A DNA stretch of 64,000 nt, taken from the NCBI GenBank assembly GCA_002360925.1, contig DERN01000001.1, positions 7,806 through 71,805 on the forward strand, written 5' to 3'. The notes below the pieces were generated by a model, which worked only from the letters and a program-made list of their open reading frames with translations, was not told where the DNA came from and ran no database searches. Made by a program: the position numbers and the translations under genes. This document shows, one piece after another, positions 9,677 to 19,564 of this stretch. Position 1 is the first letter of the stretch; every line of letters starts with the position of its first letter. The stretch is from Flavobacteriaceae bacterium UBA3339 (GTDB lineage: Bacteria; Bacteroidota; Bacteroidia; Flavobacteriales; Flavobacteriaceae).

Positions 9677-11045
9677 AAAACTATCTATTAAAAATAGAAT
9701 TGCCCTTTTTTACAGTTTCACATTTTCTATTGTGTTGCTCGTTATTTTTGCGCTTATTTTTTATGTAGTACATCTTGGAATCAACAAAACAATGTATAAA
9801 ACATTAGAAGAGGAAATTAATAGCCACGTTGATTATATTCTGCACGAACCAACATTAAATAATTACGTTCAGTCACGAGAATGGGAAGAAGTTGAACATA
9901 CCGATATTGCTTTAAATCCGGTTTTTATTGCTATTTACAACCAAAATTTTGAATTGGTAGAAAACTCACCTAATCTTGTTCAAAATAAATTGGAATGGAA
10001 TAAAGATCAGAAAGAAAAAACGCCTTATTACGTTGATTTTAATTCGATTCAATTATTGATTTCTCAGGCAAAATTGATTCATCATGGTGAAGTTGTCGGA
10101 TATGTTGTTGCAGGCGTTTCTACTAAACACAATCAATTAGCTTTAGATTATTTAAAGATTGCTTTAAAGATTATTTTTCCTCTTGCCGTTTTATTGATTT
10201 TTATTTTAGCCAGAATTATTGCTTCAAAATCTACAAAACCTGTTTTAAATGTAATTGAAACTGCGGAAATAATTTCAGAAAACAATCTTTCAGAACGTAT
10301 TCAACTTCCGCAAAATAAAGATGAATTATATCGACTTTCTACCACAATTAATTCATTATTAGACCGATTAGAATTCCAAATCGTAAAAGCAAAACAATTT
10401 TCTGCCGATGCTTCGCATGAATTACGAACGCCTTTAGCTATTATAAAAGGAACTTTGGAGATTTTAATTCGCAGAGAGCGTTCGACGGAAGAGTATAATG
10501 AAAAAATTAATTATACTTTAAAACAAGTTGACCGTTTGTATAATTTGGTTGAACAGTTTTTAGTGCTTTCTAGAATAGAAAATAACAGTTTAAAAATCCA
10601 ACATTCAACTTTTGATATTTCGGAAGTGATTTATGCTTCAATAGAACGTTTTCAACTTCTAAAAGAAGAAAAAAACATACAGATTAACAGCCATTTTACG
10701 TCACAAATACTTACAAATTACAAAGAACTAGTTGAAATTATAATCGACAATGTTTTGACGAATTCAATCAAATATTCAAATTTAAACGGACTTATTTCAA
10801 TTTATTCTTTTGCTGAAAACAATCAATTTTCAATTGTTATAGAAGATAATGGAATTGGAATGAAAGAGCAAGATTTAGAGTTTATTCGAAACAGGTATTT
10901 CAGAATTCAAGAAGAAAACACATTATCGGTTTCCGGATCTGGTTTAGGTTTAAATATTGCAACACAATTGGCTCAATTATGTAACATTAAGCTACAAATA
11001 GAAAGCATTCAAAACAAAGGAACAAAGGTTGTTTTAACGTTCTGA
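9669..11045 (+). CDS. HAMP sensor histidine kinase
   Basis: Two TM helices, DELYRL HAMP, ASHELRTPL H-box, DNGIG and GSGLGL G-boxes. Confidence 0.93.
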   Translation: MFKKLSIKNRIALFYSFTFSIVLLVIFALIFYVVHLGINKTMYKTLEEEINSHVDYILHEPTLNNYVQSREWEEVEHTDIALNPVFIAIYNQNFELVENSPNLVQNKLEWNKDQKEKTPYYVDFNSIQLLISQAKLIHHGEVVGYVVAGVSTKHNQLALDYLKIALKIIFPLAVLLIFILARIIASKSTKPVLNVIETAEIISENNLSERIQLPQNKDELYRLSTTINSLLDRLEFQIVKAKQFSADASHELRTPLAIIKGTLEILIRRERSTEEYNEKINYTLKQVDRLYNLVEQFLVLSRIENNSLKIQHSTFDISEVIYASIERFQLLKEEKNIQINSHFTSQILTNYKELVEIIIDNVLTNSIKYSNLNGLISIYSFAENNQFSIVIEDNGIGMKEQDLEFIRNRYFRIQEENTLSVSGSGLGLNIATQLAQLCNIKLQIESIQNKGTKVVLTF

Positions 11046-11183
11046 TTTTTAGTTTCTTTGATGTATTATCTCTTTTGTTTTTTATTAAAGACTCATTTAT
11101 TTAACATCGGTTTTTTAAAGATAACTTGTATTTGAAAAAAAATAACAAGAAATTTAGCATCTAATTGTTTAAAAAAAGAATTT

Positions 11184-12179
11184 ATGCTAAAAAGAACCGT
11201 TCTTTTATTTATGGGCAGTGTTTTAATTTTGTCTTGTAATAAAACAGTAAAAGAAGAAAATAACGAAACTTCTGTTCAAGAAATCGAAAAACAGGATGAA
11301 ACACAAGCTAGTTCAACCAGTTTTAATATTGAAGATATTCCTTATTCAACTGCCGATTTAGGCGATTTTCCGTTCTTTAAATTACCCAAAGGACTAAAAG
11401 AAATGAATAAACCTTTATTAAGGAATTTCGATGTTTGCTTTTTTCCAATCGACGGAATAATGAAACCATTTGAAGGAAAATTATATAAAATAAACGTAAA
11501 TGCCGAAAGAGGAGAGGAATTTTCGCAACGTTATTTTGAAAAAAGCATGGAAGATTATCTTGCTTCTGTTGGAGCTGTAAAGGTTTTTGATGGAGAAATT
11601 ACAAGAGAAGCTTACGATAAATATGAAAAAGAGGATCCAAATAAGGGTGGAGAAGGTGATATTGGTTATTTTAATGAGCCAATTAAGTTTTACGTGATTC
11701 GTTCTAAAGAAAAAGGAAACATTTATGTGCAATATTCTGCTGATAATGCCAGCGGTAAACTGAATGTTTTACAAGAAGAAGCTTTTAAACAAACCATAAC
11801 GAAAGTTACGGCAGATGATATTGTAAAAGATCTTTCGGAAAAAGGAAAATCGATTTTGTATATTAATTTCGATGTCGATAAATCAAATGTTACGAAAGAA
11901 GGACAAGAAGTTGTAAACCAAATTGCAACAGCTTTAAAGAAAGATAGCACTTTAAAAATTGCAATTGAAGGTCATACGGATAATACAGGAGATGTCGCGC
12001 ACAACAAAAAACTTTCGAACGATCGTGCTAATTCAGTAATGAATAATTTAGTTGCAAACGGAATTGACAAAGCTAGATTAACTGCAAAAGGATTTGGTGC
12101 TGAAAAACCTTTAGTAGCGAATGATACAGACGATAACAAAGCAAAAAATCGCAGAGTAGAGTTGGTTAAAATCAATTAA
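11184..12179 (+). CDS. OmpA-domain lipoprotein (paralogue 1)
   Basis: Lipobox ILSC; C-terminal IEGHTDNTG, LSNDRA, NRRVE. Confidence 0.9.
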   Translation: MLKRTVLLFMGSVLILSCNKTVKEENNETSVQEIEKQDETQASSTSFNIEDIPYSTADLGDFPFFKLPKGLKEMNKPLLRNFDVCFFPIDGIMKPFEGKLYKINVNAERGEEFSQRYFEKSMEDYLASVGAVKVFDGEITREAYDKYEKEDPNKGGEGDIGYFNEPIKFYVIRSKEKGNIYVQYSADNASGKLNVLQEEAFKQTITKVTADDIVKDLSEKGKSILYINFDVDKSNVTKEGQEVVNQIATALKKDSTLKIAIEGHTDNTGDVAHNKKLSNDRANSVMNNLVANGIDKARLTAKGFGAEKPLVANDTDDNKAKNRRVELVKIN

Positions 12180-12192
12180 ATATTAGATAAAC

Positions 12193-12234
12193 AAAAACAT
12201 TCCTCTTTAAAATATTTTAAAGAGGAATGTTTTT
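12193..12234. terminator. Bidirectional terminator (perfect 42-bp palindrome)
   Basis: aaaaacattcctctttaaaat|attttaaagaggaatgttttt between convergent genes. Confidence 0.82.
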
Positions 12235-13398
12235 TTAATTAATTTCCATGTTATATTTTTCTTTGATGTTGTAGTTTACATCTTTAATTATAACAGTATA
12301 AAAACCTTTTGTCAAATAAAGTTCTTTTGGTTCTTTATTATCAATAATTTCAATTATATCGGCTGGTATGCCATTATGTTCAAATTCATTATCTCGATAT
12401 GCCAGAACAAGTAAAGGTTTATTTTTCTCTATTTTAGATTCAGGAATCCTATATTTTTCTTTTCCAATCAATAACCAATCAGGGCGATTGTTAATATAGT
12501 TAGTTTTGGGATGAAGCACCACAATATCTGTCTGATTATTTTTACTTTCGGTATTAAATATTTTGCCGTTTTCATTAATCAGTACAATAGGTTCTTTCTC
12601 GTTGTTTAATTTTATAAATAAATGATTGTTTTTATCTTCTGATCTTTCCAAAAATAGAGTTTGATCTATTGTTAAAGGATCAATGTTCATATTTTCTTTT
12701 AATCGTCCTGCCATTGCTTTTCCCCAAGCAGGATAATCATTTTCGTAAGCATGTGCATAACCGCAATGAATCAATACTTTTCCATTTGCCGATTTTTCGA
12801 TAAACTTTTGAATGTTTTCGGCTTGTTCGATTTCTCTTTCCTTACCATTTTTACCTTCGGATGCTTCATAACCAAAAAGCGTAAATCCAATTTTTAAAGC
12901 TTCTGAAATCAAGTTGCCAAATTCAGGTTCTTTTGTATAATATCCGCTTTCTATTATAGGAAACTTTCGTTCATTAATTTCTGAATCAGAAAGTGCTTCC
13001 AGTCCAAGATATCGGTAACCATTATTGAATAAATCTTGTAAAAGAGACTTCGTAAACGTACGATGTTTGGGGATATGATGTGCCTCATTAATGATGACAA
13101 TTTGCGCATTTTTAGCTTGATTTACTATGTAATCTTTTGCATTAACCTTTTTACTATTGATAAAATACAGACTGTCTTTTATTGTCGTATTTGGTTTTCT
13201 AACACCGTTTTGATCCCAAGTTTTAAGAACTTCTTTATAATATCCGTTAAAAGACAATTCTGTTGCGCCTGTTTGATACTTCCAAGCCACAGTATCTCGA
13301 TTAATATGAGATATAATATCTTTAGAAAATTTGTAGTTCGTTTGCCCAAAAGTTGTTGTAACATTCAGAAATAAAATAATGGAAATAATCTTATACAT
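12235..13398 (-). CDS. Secreted hypothetical protein
   Basis: Signal peptide; INEAHH, LGLEAL, REIEQAENI and HCGYAH motifs loosely resemble the EreA/ChaN/TIKI-like fold (uncertain). Confidence 0.7.
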   Translation of the reverse strand: MYKIISIILFLNVTTTFGQTNYKFSKDIISHINRDTVAWKYQTGATELSFNGYYKEVLKTWDQNGVRKPNTTIKDSLYFINSKKVNAKDYIVNQAKNAQIVIINEAHHIPKHRTFTKSLLQDLFNNGYRYLGLEALSDSEINERKFPIIESGYYTKEPEFGNLISEALKIGFTLFGYEASEGKNGKEREIEQAENIQKFIEKSANGKVLIHCGYAHAYENDYPAWGKAMAGRLKENMNIDPLTIDQTLFLERSEDKNNHLFIKLNNEKEPIVLINENGKIFNTESKNNQTDIVVLHPKTNYINNRPDWLLIGKEKYRIPESKIEKNKPLLVLAYRDNEFEHNGIPADIIEIIDNKEPKELYLTKGFYTVIIKDVNYNIKEKYNMEIN

Positions 13399-13456
13399 GA
13401 TACATTTCGTTTAATTTATAATTATTTATTTTTATAGAGAGAAGAAACCAATTCTT

Positions 13457-14089
13457 CTACAATAACTTATTTTCTGTCGCAATTTTGACCAATTCGATCA
13501 TATTTTTGGCTTTGAATTTTTGCAATAAATTTCTGCGATGTGTTTCTACAGTGATTATTGAAATAAATAAATTATCTGCAATTTCGGCTGAAGTTTTTCC
13601 TTCAGAAATTGATTTAAGAATTTGTTGTTCTCGCTTTGTTAATCTCGGAAGTTCAAAATTATTTGCCGACGGACGCAACATAATTTCCTGTACTTCTTTG
13701 CTTAATGCCAAATCTCCCTTTATTGCATTATCGATACAATGAATGATTTCATTTGCATCTGCATTTTTTAAGATGTAGCCGTTTCCGCCGTTTTCCAAGA
13801 AACGAAATATAATGCTTCGTTCAGCTTGATTACTAATTCCGATGACAATGGTTTTAGGTGATTTCTGTTTAATTAACTGACAAAAATTTAAACCGCTTCC
13901 GTCGCTCAAAACAATATCTAGTAAAACAATATCGGTTTTATTTTCCTGAATAAAATCCAATGCAGACGATCCTTTTGTAAAAGCGAATATTTTAAATTTT
14001 TTTGCCTGATCCAATAAGGATTTTAAACCTTCCAAAACCATTGGATGATCATCAACTATTACCAAATTTAAACATTCATCTTTATACAT
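13457..14089 (-). CDS. NarL/LuxR-family response regulator
   Basis: VDDHPMV receiver; LTKREQQIL...TVETHRRNLLQK HTH. Confidence 0.94.
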   Translation of the reverse strand: MYKDECLNLVIVDDHPMVLEGLKSLLDQAKKFKIFAFTKGSSALDFIQENKTDIVLLDIVLSDGSGLNFCQLIKQKSPKTIVIGISNQAERSIIFRFLENGGNGYILKNADANEIIHCIDNAIKGDLALSKEVQEIMLRPSANNFELPRLTKREQQILKSISEGKTSAEIADNLFISIITVETHRRNLLQKFKAKNMIELVKIATENKLL

Positions 14090-16049
14090 AACATTCTACA
14101 TTTATAGTGGTTCCTTTTCCTTTTTCCGATAAAATCTCTACCGTTCCATTAATTAGCGCAGTACGGTTTTTAATGTTTTTTATTCCTAAACCATAATCAA
14201 CTTTAGTTGTATCAAAACCAATTCCGTCATCTTCGATCGTTAAGTTTATCGTATTTTCATGCTGACTAATTTGAACAATAACATTGCCTGCCTGAGCATA
14301 TTTGATTACGTTACTGATACTTTCTTGAACTATACGATATAGTGACAATTGTATTTTAAAAGGAATGTTTTCTGACAAATCGAAAGCTTCAAACTGAATG
14401 TGAAATTGTTTTTGAGACATGGATTCGCAAAGTTCTTTTAGTGCGATTTCCAATCCGAGATTTTTTAGTGTTTCGGGCATTAAATTTCTGGAAATACGAC
14501 GCATTTCTACAATCGATTTATCGATTTTTTGTAACAATTCGCTCGAGTTTTGAGTGTTTTCTTGAGAAATAGACATTCGGATATTGGCAAGCATTCCGCC
14601 CATACTATCATGTAAATCTTGAGCAATACGCTGACGTTCTTGTTCTTCGCTTTCTAATATTGCATTTTTTACTGCCAATTTTGCTTCGGTGCTTTTTTCC
14701 TTAATTTTTTGCTGATGAATAATTTCATTTTGAAGTAATCGACGTTTATTATTCCGGTAATAATTAAGAGTAATGAGTGTAATTAACAATAAAATAACGA
14801 TTCCGGCAAGTGCTAAAGCTGTAATTAATTTACTGTTTTTTAAGTTAAACTGCGCTTCTTCTTCGCTACTTTTAGCAAGCAGTAATTCTTTTTCTTTACG
14901 CGCCACATCGTATTTTAGTTCTAAATCATTAATCTGTTTCTTAAAATCCTGATCATGTATTTCTATATTAAGATCGCTGTACTTTTTTAAATATTCATAC
15001 GCATTTTCTGTTTTTCCTAAACCTTTATAAGCATCGGAAATATGTTTGTAAACCGAAGCTTTGTTTGCACCAACTTCATTCGTAAATGGATCTTTTTCTA
15101 ATAATAAGCCTAATTGTAAAGCTTCGTTAAAACGTTTCATTTCTAATAATAAAGCCACCTTGTACATATTTATTTCATGAATATGATAGGTTTTATTTGG
15201 ACCAGCTGTAAATGTTAAGGCTTTGTTGTAGGAATTTAATGCAGAGTTAAATTGATTGTTTTTTTGGAAGTATAAACCTTCTATTAAATAAAAAATACTC
15301 TTTTGATCAGAATCAGGATTGTTTTTGAGAATTTCTCTTGCTTTATCAATATAATCTTTTGCTTTATTTGTTTGATTAATTATAACATAACATTCGGCTA
15401 TGCGATTATACATGCTAATCAATCTATGATTTTGATTTTCTTGAGATAGAAGAAGTTTTTCTGCATTTAAAAGGTAAACAATTGCTTTTTCGTATTGTTC
15501 TAAATTCATAAAACCTATTCCCAAACTAATGTTAAGCGTAGCAAGACGGCTATTATCTTTAGCTTTTTCGGCAAACGGAATGGCTTTATTCAGTGTTATT
15601 TCTACAAATTTTTCATCTTCATCTTCAATTTGATGAATCACCGCAATATTGTTCCAAATGTCAGATTGTATTTTGTAACTTTCTTGGTTTTCCGAAATTT
15701 TATTCAAAAAAGAATCTGCTGTTAAATAGTGTTTTTTGCTTTCTTCCAGATTTCCTTTTGAGTAATAATAATATCCTTTTTTTGCATGATACATACCTTT
15801 TAAATACAAGTTGTTATGAGCCATTTTATGCCCTTTTTCTAAATATTCAAAAGTTTTTAGCGAGTCTTTAGGTGTCCAATACGTAACTAAATTAAAGTAA
15901 ATCGTTGCACGCAAACTATCGTTAGAAGCTGTCTCTAACGATTTGTATAAATCTTTAGCATATTGTTCCATATCTAACGGAAGTTGTGCGTGATTTTTTT
16001 GGGAAATTAACCCGAATAAAATGAGAAAAAACAAGGAGAATTTGTGCAT
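14082..16049 (-). CDS. TPR-containing sensor histidine kinase (HisKA_3)
   Basis: Signal peptide, TPR-like periplasmic region, TM helix, ERQRIAQDLHDSMGG, DDGIGFD, GLGIKNI. Confidence 0.92.
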   Translation of the reverse strand: MHKFSLFFLILFGLISQKNHAQLPLDMEQYAKDLYKSLETASNDSLRATIYFNLVTYWTPKDSLKTFEYLEKGHKMAHNNLYLKGMYHAKKGYYYYSKGNLEESKKHYLTADSFLNKISENQESYKIQSDIWNNIAVIHQIEDEDEKFVEITLNKAIPFAEKAKDNSRLATLNISLGIGFMNLEQYEKAIVYLLNAEKLLLSQENQNHRLISMYNRIAECYVIINQTNKAKDYIDKAREILKNNPDSDQKSIFYLIEGLYFQKNNQFNSALNSYNKALTFTAGPNKTYHIHEINMYKVALLLEMKRFNEALQLGLLLEKDPFTNEVGANKASVYKHISDAYKGLGKTENAYEYLKKYSDLNIEIHDQDFKKQINDLELKYDVARKEKELLLAKSSEEEAQFNLKNSKLITALALAGIVILLLITLITLNYYRNNKRRLLQNEIIHQQKIKEKSTEAKLAVKNAILESEEQERQRIAQDLHDSMGGMLANIRMSISQENTQNSSELLQKIDKSIVEMRRISRNLMPETLKNLGLEIALKELCESMSQKQFHIQFEAFDLSENIPFKIQLSLYRIVQESISNVIKYAQAGNVIVQISQHENTINLTIEDDGIGFDTTKVDYGLGIKNIKNRTALINGTVEILSEKGKGTTINVECYV

Positions 16050-16108
16050 CTTGATTTAAAGTTTAATACAAATATCTTTATAAAAAAGCATAAAATTTTA
16101 TTGGAATT

Positions 16109-16154
16109 AAAAATCATGGTAAACCATTAGAAAAAAATCATGGTTTTAGATGAT
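16109..16154. promoter_or_regulatory. Two tandem imperfect AATCAT-N8-ATGATT boxes, putative NarL-type operator
   Basis: AAAAATCATGGT repeated at 16109 and 16133; the second copy is closed by ATGATT; lies between the divergent kinase and lipoprotein genes. Confidence 0.55.
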
Positions 16155-16204
16155 TGTCTTGACATTAAAATCTATAGAAATTTGTAATGTAATAAAAAAT
16201 CAAT

Positions 16205-16666
16205 ATGAAAAAAGTAAACACAAAAATTGCATTCTTAGGAATGTTATCGGTATTAACATTAGGAACAATAACTGTAAGTTGTAACAGTAGCGATGATAAT
16301 GTTTCTCAAGAACCAACAAAAGGAACGATTGACGCCGCTGTGGGCACTTATAAAGGAAAAATATACACAAGTGATACAAATGGTGTTTATGAATGGTTCG
16401 ATGCTATTGTTGTTGTTACAAAAGAAGGTAGTAATAAATTAAAAGTTGCCGCAAAATCGGGTGAGGAATATTCTTATGTAACTCCTAAAACTTTCACTGT
16501 TGAAACAGGTGCTTTTTTTGGTGAAAATACACAAGATATTGTTTCTTTAACAGGTAGTTTAGAAGGTATTTTTCATTATTATGGTTCCAATAAAAACATT
16601 AATGTTATAACAGCTGAGCAATCTGCGACAGATGTTTGGTTTGATTTTGAAGGTGTAAAACAATAG
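16205..16666 (+). CDS. Hypothetical lipoprotein
   Basis: Lipobox TVSC followed by NSSDDN. Confidence 0.8.
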   Translation: MKKVNTKIAFLGMLSVLTLGTITVSCNSSDDNVSQEPTKGTIDAAVGTYKGKIYTSDTNGVYEWFDAIVVVTKEGSNKLKVAAKSGEEYSYVTPKTFTVETGAFFGENTQDIVSLTGSLEGIFHYYGSNKNINVITAEQSATDVWFDFEGVKQ

Positions 16667-16725
16667 ATTAAATGCTTTTTATTTAGAAAGAAGAATGTTT
16701 AACCTATCAGAATATTAATAGTAAA

Positions 16726-17733
16726 ATGAAAAAAACGATCTTGATTCTTGGATTGTCAGCTTTGACCGTATCTTGTAATCAATCAACAAAACAAAGCGAA
16801 AGCAAAACAGATTCTACAGAAGTATCTATTGAATCAAATCAATCAAAGACAGAAGAAGCAAATTCTTCGGCTGAATTCAATATTGAAAACATTCCATTTT
16901 CTGCTGCCGATATTGGTGATTTTCCCTTTATCAATCTACCAGAAGGATTAGAAGCCGATAAAGGTGCTATAGAAAGTAAATTTGATGTTTGCTTTTTTCC
17001 TATAAATGGTGTAATGACTCCTTTTGAAGGTAAATTGTATAAAGCAAATGTTTCTGCGATTCGTGGCGAAGAATATTCGCAACGCTATTTCGAAAAAAGC
17101 ATGGAGGATTATTTGCTTTCCGTTGGAGCGGCTAAAGTTTTTGATGGCGAAATCACCAAAGAAGAATACGAACGTTATAACAAACAAGACCCTAATAAAG
17201 GTGGTTCTGGAGATATAGGATATTGGAATCAACGCATACAATTTTTTACAATTCGTACAAAAGACAAAGGGAATATTTATATCCAATTTACTTCTAATAA
17301 TGCAGGAGGGAAATTAAATATTGTTCAGGAAGAAGCTTTTAAACAAACCATTACTAAAGTAACGGCTGATGAAATTGTAAAGGATTTGACTGAAAAAGGG
17401 AAGTCGATTTTATATATCAATTTCGATATTGATAAGTCTAATATTACGGCTGAAGGAAAAGAAGTGGTAACACAAATTGCCGAAGCACTTAAAAAAGATG
17501 AAAACTTAAAAATTTCGATCGAAGGACATACCGATAATACGGGTAATGCAGTTCACAACAAAAAATTATCAAATGATCGTGCGAATTCTGTAATGAATAA
17601 TCTTATTGCAAACGGAATTGACAAGGCTCGATTAACTGCAAAAGGTTTTGGTTCTGAAAAACCTTTAGTAGCAAACGACTTAGACGAAAATAAAGCTAAA
17701 AATCGTCGCGTAGAACTGATTCGAACAAATTAA
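16726..17733 (+). CDS. OmpA-domain lipoprotein (paralogue 2)
   Basis: Lipobox TVSC; OmpA C-terminal motifs; colinear with 11184..12179. Confidence 0.9.
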   Translation: MKKTILILGLSALTVSCNQSTKQSESKTDSTEVSIESNQSKTEEANSSAEFNIENIPFSAADIGDFPFINLPEGLEADKGAIESKFDVCFFPINGVMTPFEGKLYKANVSAIRGEEYSQRYFEKSMEDYLLSVGAAKVFDGEITKEEYERYNKQDPNKGGSGDIGYWNQRIQFFTIRTKDKGNIYIQFTSNNAGGKLNIVQEEAFKQTITKVTADEIVKDLTEKGKSILYINFDIDKSNITAEGKEVVTQIAEALKKDENLKISIEGHTDNTGNAVHNKKLSNDRANSVMNNLIANGIDKARLTAKGFGSEKPLVANDLDENKAKNRRVELIRTN

Positions 17734-17762
17734 AAGTCTAAAAATATTAAAATCAAATAGCT

Positions 17763-18461
17763 ATGAAAAAGACTATCTATTATTTATTATTTCCCTTTTT
17801 GAGCATTTTTGCTTCGTGCAGCACTTCAGATGATACTAATTTAAACGACGATGGAAATGGAAATCCAGCAAATAGTTCTTATTGGCCTTATGCTATAGGA
17901 AATAAATGGCAGTTTAAAAATATAGATGATCCAGAAGATACGTTTGTTCATCACATTTACAAAACCATAAACTACGAAGGAAATACCTATTTTCAAATTG
18001 AGCCTTTAAATGCATTGGAAGAAACTGAACCTACAGAAGGTACAAGAGAATATAATGGTGTATTCTATGAACTTCACGGGGCTAGTTCTCAAATGGGAGT
18101 TAATATTTCTGCTGGAACAATGAAGAGTATAAACACAAATTTAAGTGTTGGTCAAGAATGGACAGATGATTTAACTCTAACCATATCAGGTGCTGCCAGT
18201 GGAGTTATTCAACATACAAACAAAGGTAAAATAGTAGAAAAAGTTGCAAGTGTAATCATAAATGGTAAAAACTATCAAAATGTTTTAAAAACGGAGCTTA
18301 TAAAAACTGTTCTTAATAGTATTACCGGAAGTAGTTTTACAATAAAATACGAAGATTGGCTCGCTAAAGGGATAGGTCCTGTTTATAGAAAAACGACCTA
18401 TTACTATGATAATAATGAAGAAATAGAAGAATACCAATTAACTAGTTATTCTCTTAATTAA
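17763..18461 (+). CDS. Hypothetical lipoprotein
   Basis: Lipobox FASC-STSDD; YWPYAIGNKW and WLAKGIGPV motifs typical of Bacteroidota beta-rich lipoproteins. Confidence 0.8.
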   Translation: MKKTIYYLLFPFLSIFASCSTSDDTNLNDDGNGNPANSSYWPYAIGNKWQFKNIDDPEDTFVHHIYKTINYEGNTYFQIEPLNALEETEPTEGTREYNGVFYELHGASSQMGVNISAGTMKSINTNLSVGQEWTDDLTLTISGAASGVIQHTNKGKIVEKVASVIINGKNYQNVLKTELIKTVLNSITGSSFTIKYEDWLAKGIGPVYRKTTYYYDNNEEIEEYQLTSYSLN

Positions 18462-18473
18462 TCCATAAAATAC

Positions 18474-18503
18474 AGGCTGCTTCTAAAAAAGAAACAGCCT
18501 TTT
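18474..18503 (+). terminator. Stem-loop / possible partial terminator
   Basis: aggctgcttc...gaaacagcct followed by a T-run. Confidence 0.55.
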
Positions 18504-18517
18504 TAAATATTTAATCT

Positions 18518-19459
18518 ATGAAAAAAATAATAACAAGTATTTTTATAACAACCATCTTTCTTTTTTATAATTGTAATTCTTCAGATGATATAAAATCTAC
18601 TGAAAATATAGAAGATATCAAAAGCAAACCGTTCACTGAAGGTTCTGTTGAAATGGGAATTTTTAGTAATGATATTGATCTAGGAAAACTTATAGGAAAG
18701 ATAGATTTTTCTAAAGCTAACGTAAAAGAACAATATGAAAAATTAGTAGCCAATGATGCCGATGCAAAAGAAATTATTGATTTGATTGCTACTATTGGAA
18801 ATCAAAATCCGTTAGCAGCTTGGGCTATGACTTTAAATATTGCTGAATGTACCTATAATATTAAAAATGATGAAGTATTAGGGAAAGTTCGCGGTTTTGG
18901 ATGGACAATGGATAATTATTATAATAAATCTCAAGACAAGGCAAGTATTTATTTAGAAGCTTTGACACAAACCGATAAAATTACCGAACAGGATAAAAAA
19001 ATATATTCATTTTACAAACCTTCTGAAAACAAAGGTTCTGGAGCAATGAACGATGTAGATTTTAGTCAGTTTAATCGTGAAGCAAAAAGTACAAAACAAA
19101 ACATTTTAGGATATGAATGTGATGTAGTTGTTTACACTCCCAAAACAATAGATGAAAATATACCACTGCAGTTACAAAAATTAATTGTTTATACTTCGCC
19201 GTTATTTAATAATGCCATCAATTTTGCACATCCTTTTTATTTAGAAGAAAATCAAGGAATTTTACGATTAGATATTTATTATTTAAACCATGAAAAACCA
19301 ACTTTGGTAATGAAACCAAAGGCGATTAAAGAAATTAAACTCACAGATAACGACTTAATCAGCAGAGTTACTACTCCGGTTTATACTCAAGATGATATAA
19401 ATTGGGGCTTTAAAGCTTTAGCTATTATGATGAGCGGTTGGGCTGCATTAGAAAATTAA
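18518..19459 (+). CDS. Hypothetical lipoprotein
   Basis: Signal peptide plus C-NSSDD; ILGYEC motif as seen in GLPGLI/DUF4412-like proteins. Confidence 0.75.
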   Translation: MKKIITSIFITTIFLFYNCNSSDDIKSTENIEDIKSKPFTEGSVEMGIFSNDIDLGKLIGKIDFSKANVKEQYEKLVANDADAKEIIDLIATIGNQNPLAAWAMTLNIAECTYNIKNDEVLGKVRGFGWTMDNYYNKSQDKASIYLEALTQTDKITEQDKKIYSFYKPSENKGSGAMNDVDFSQFNREAKSTKQNILGYECDVVVYTPKTIDENIPLQLQKLIVYTSPLFNNAINFAHPFYLEENQGILRLDIYYLNHEKPTLVMKPKAIKEIKLTDNDLISRVTTPVYTQDDINWGFKALAIMMSGWAALEN

Positions 19460-19477
19460 AGGGAAGAATAGAAGTGT

Positions 19478-19497
19478 TTTCACAAAATTGTTTTTAA
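19478..19497 (+). repeat. Direct repeat copy 1 (TTTCACAAAATTGTTTyTAA) flanking the serine hydrolase
   Basis: 16 bp identical (19/20 extended) to 20804..20823. Confidence 0.7.
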
Positions 19498-19564
19498 TGT
19501 TGTGGCCTACGTATTTATTACTAAATAAATTATGCAGAGTAAATACTATGAAGTTTTATGACCT

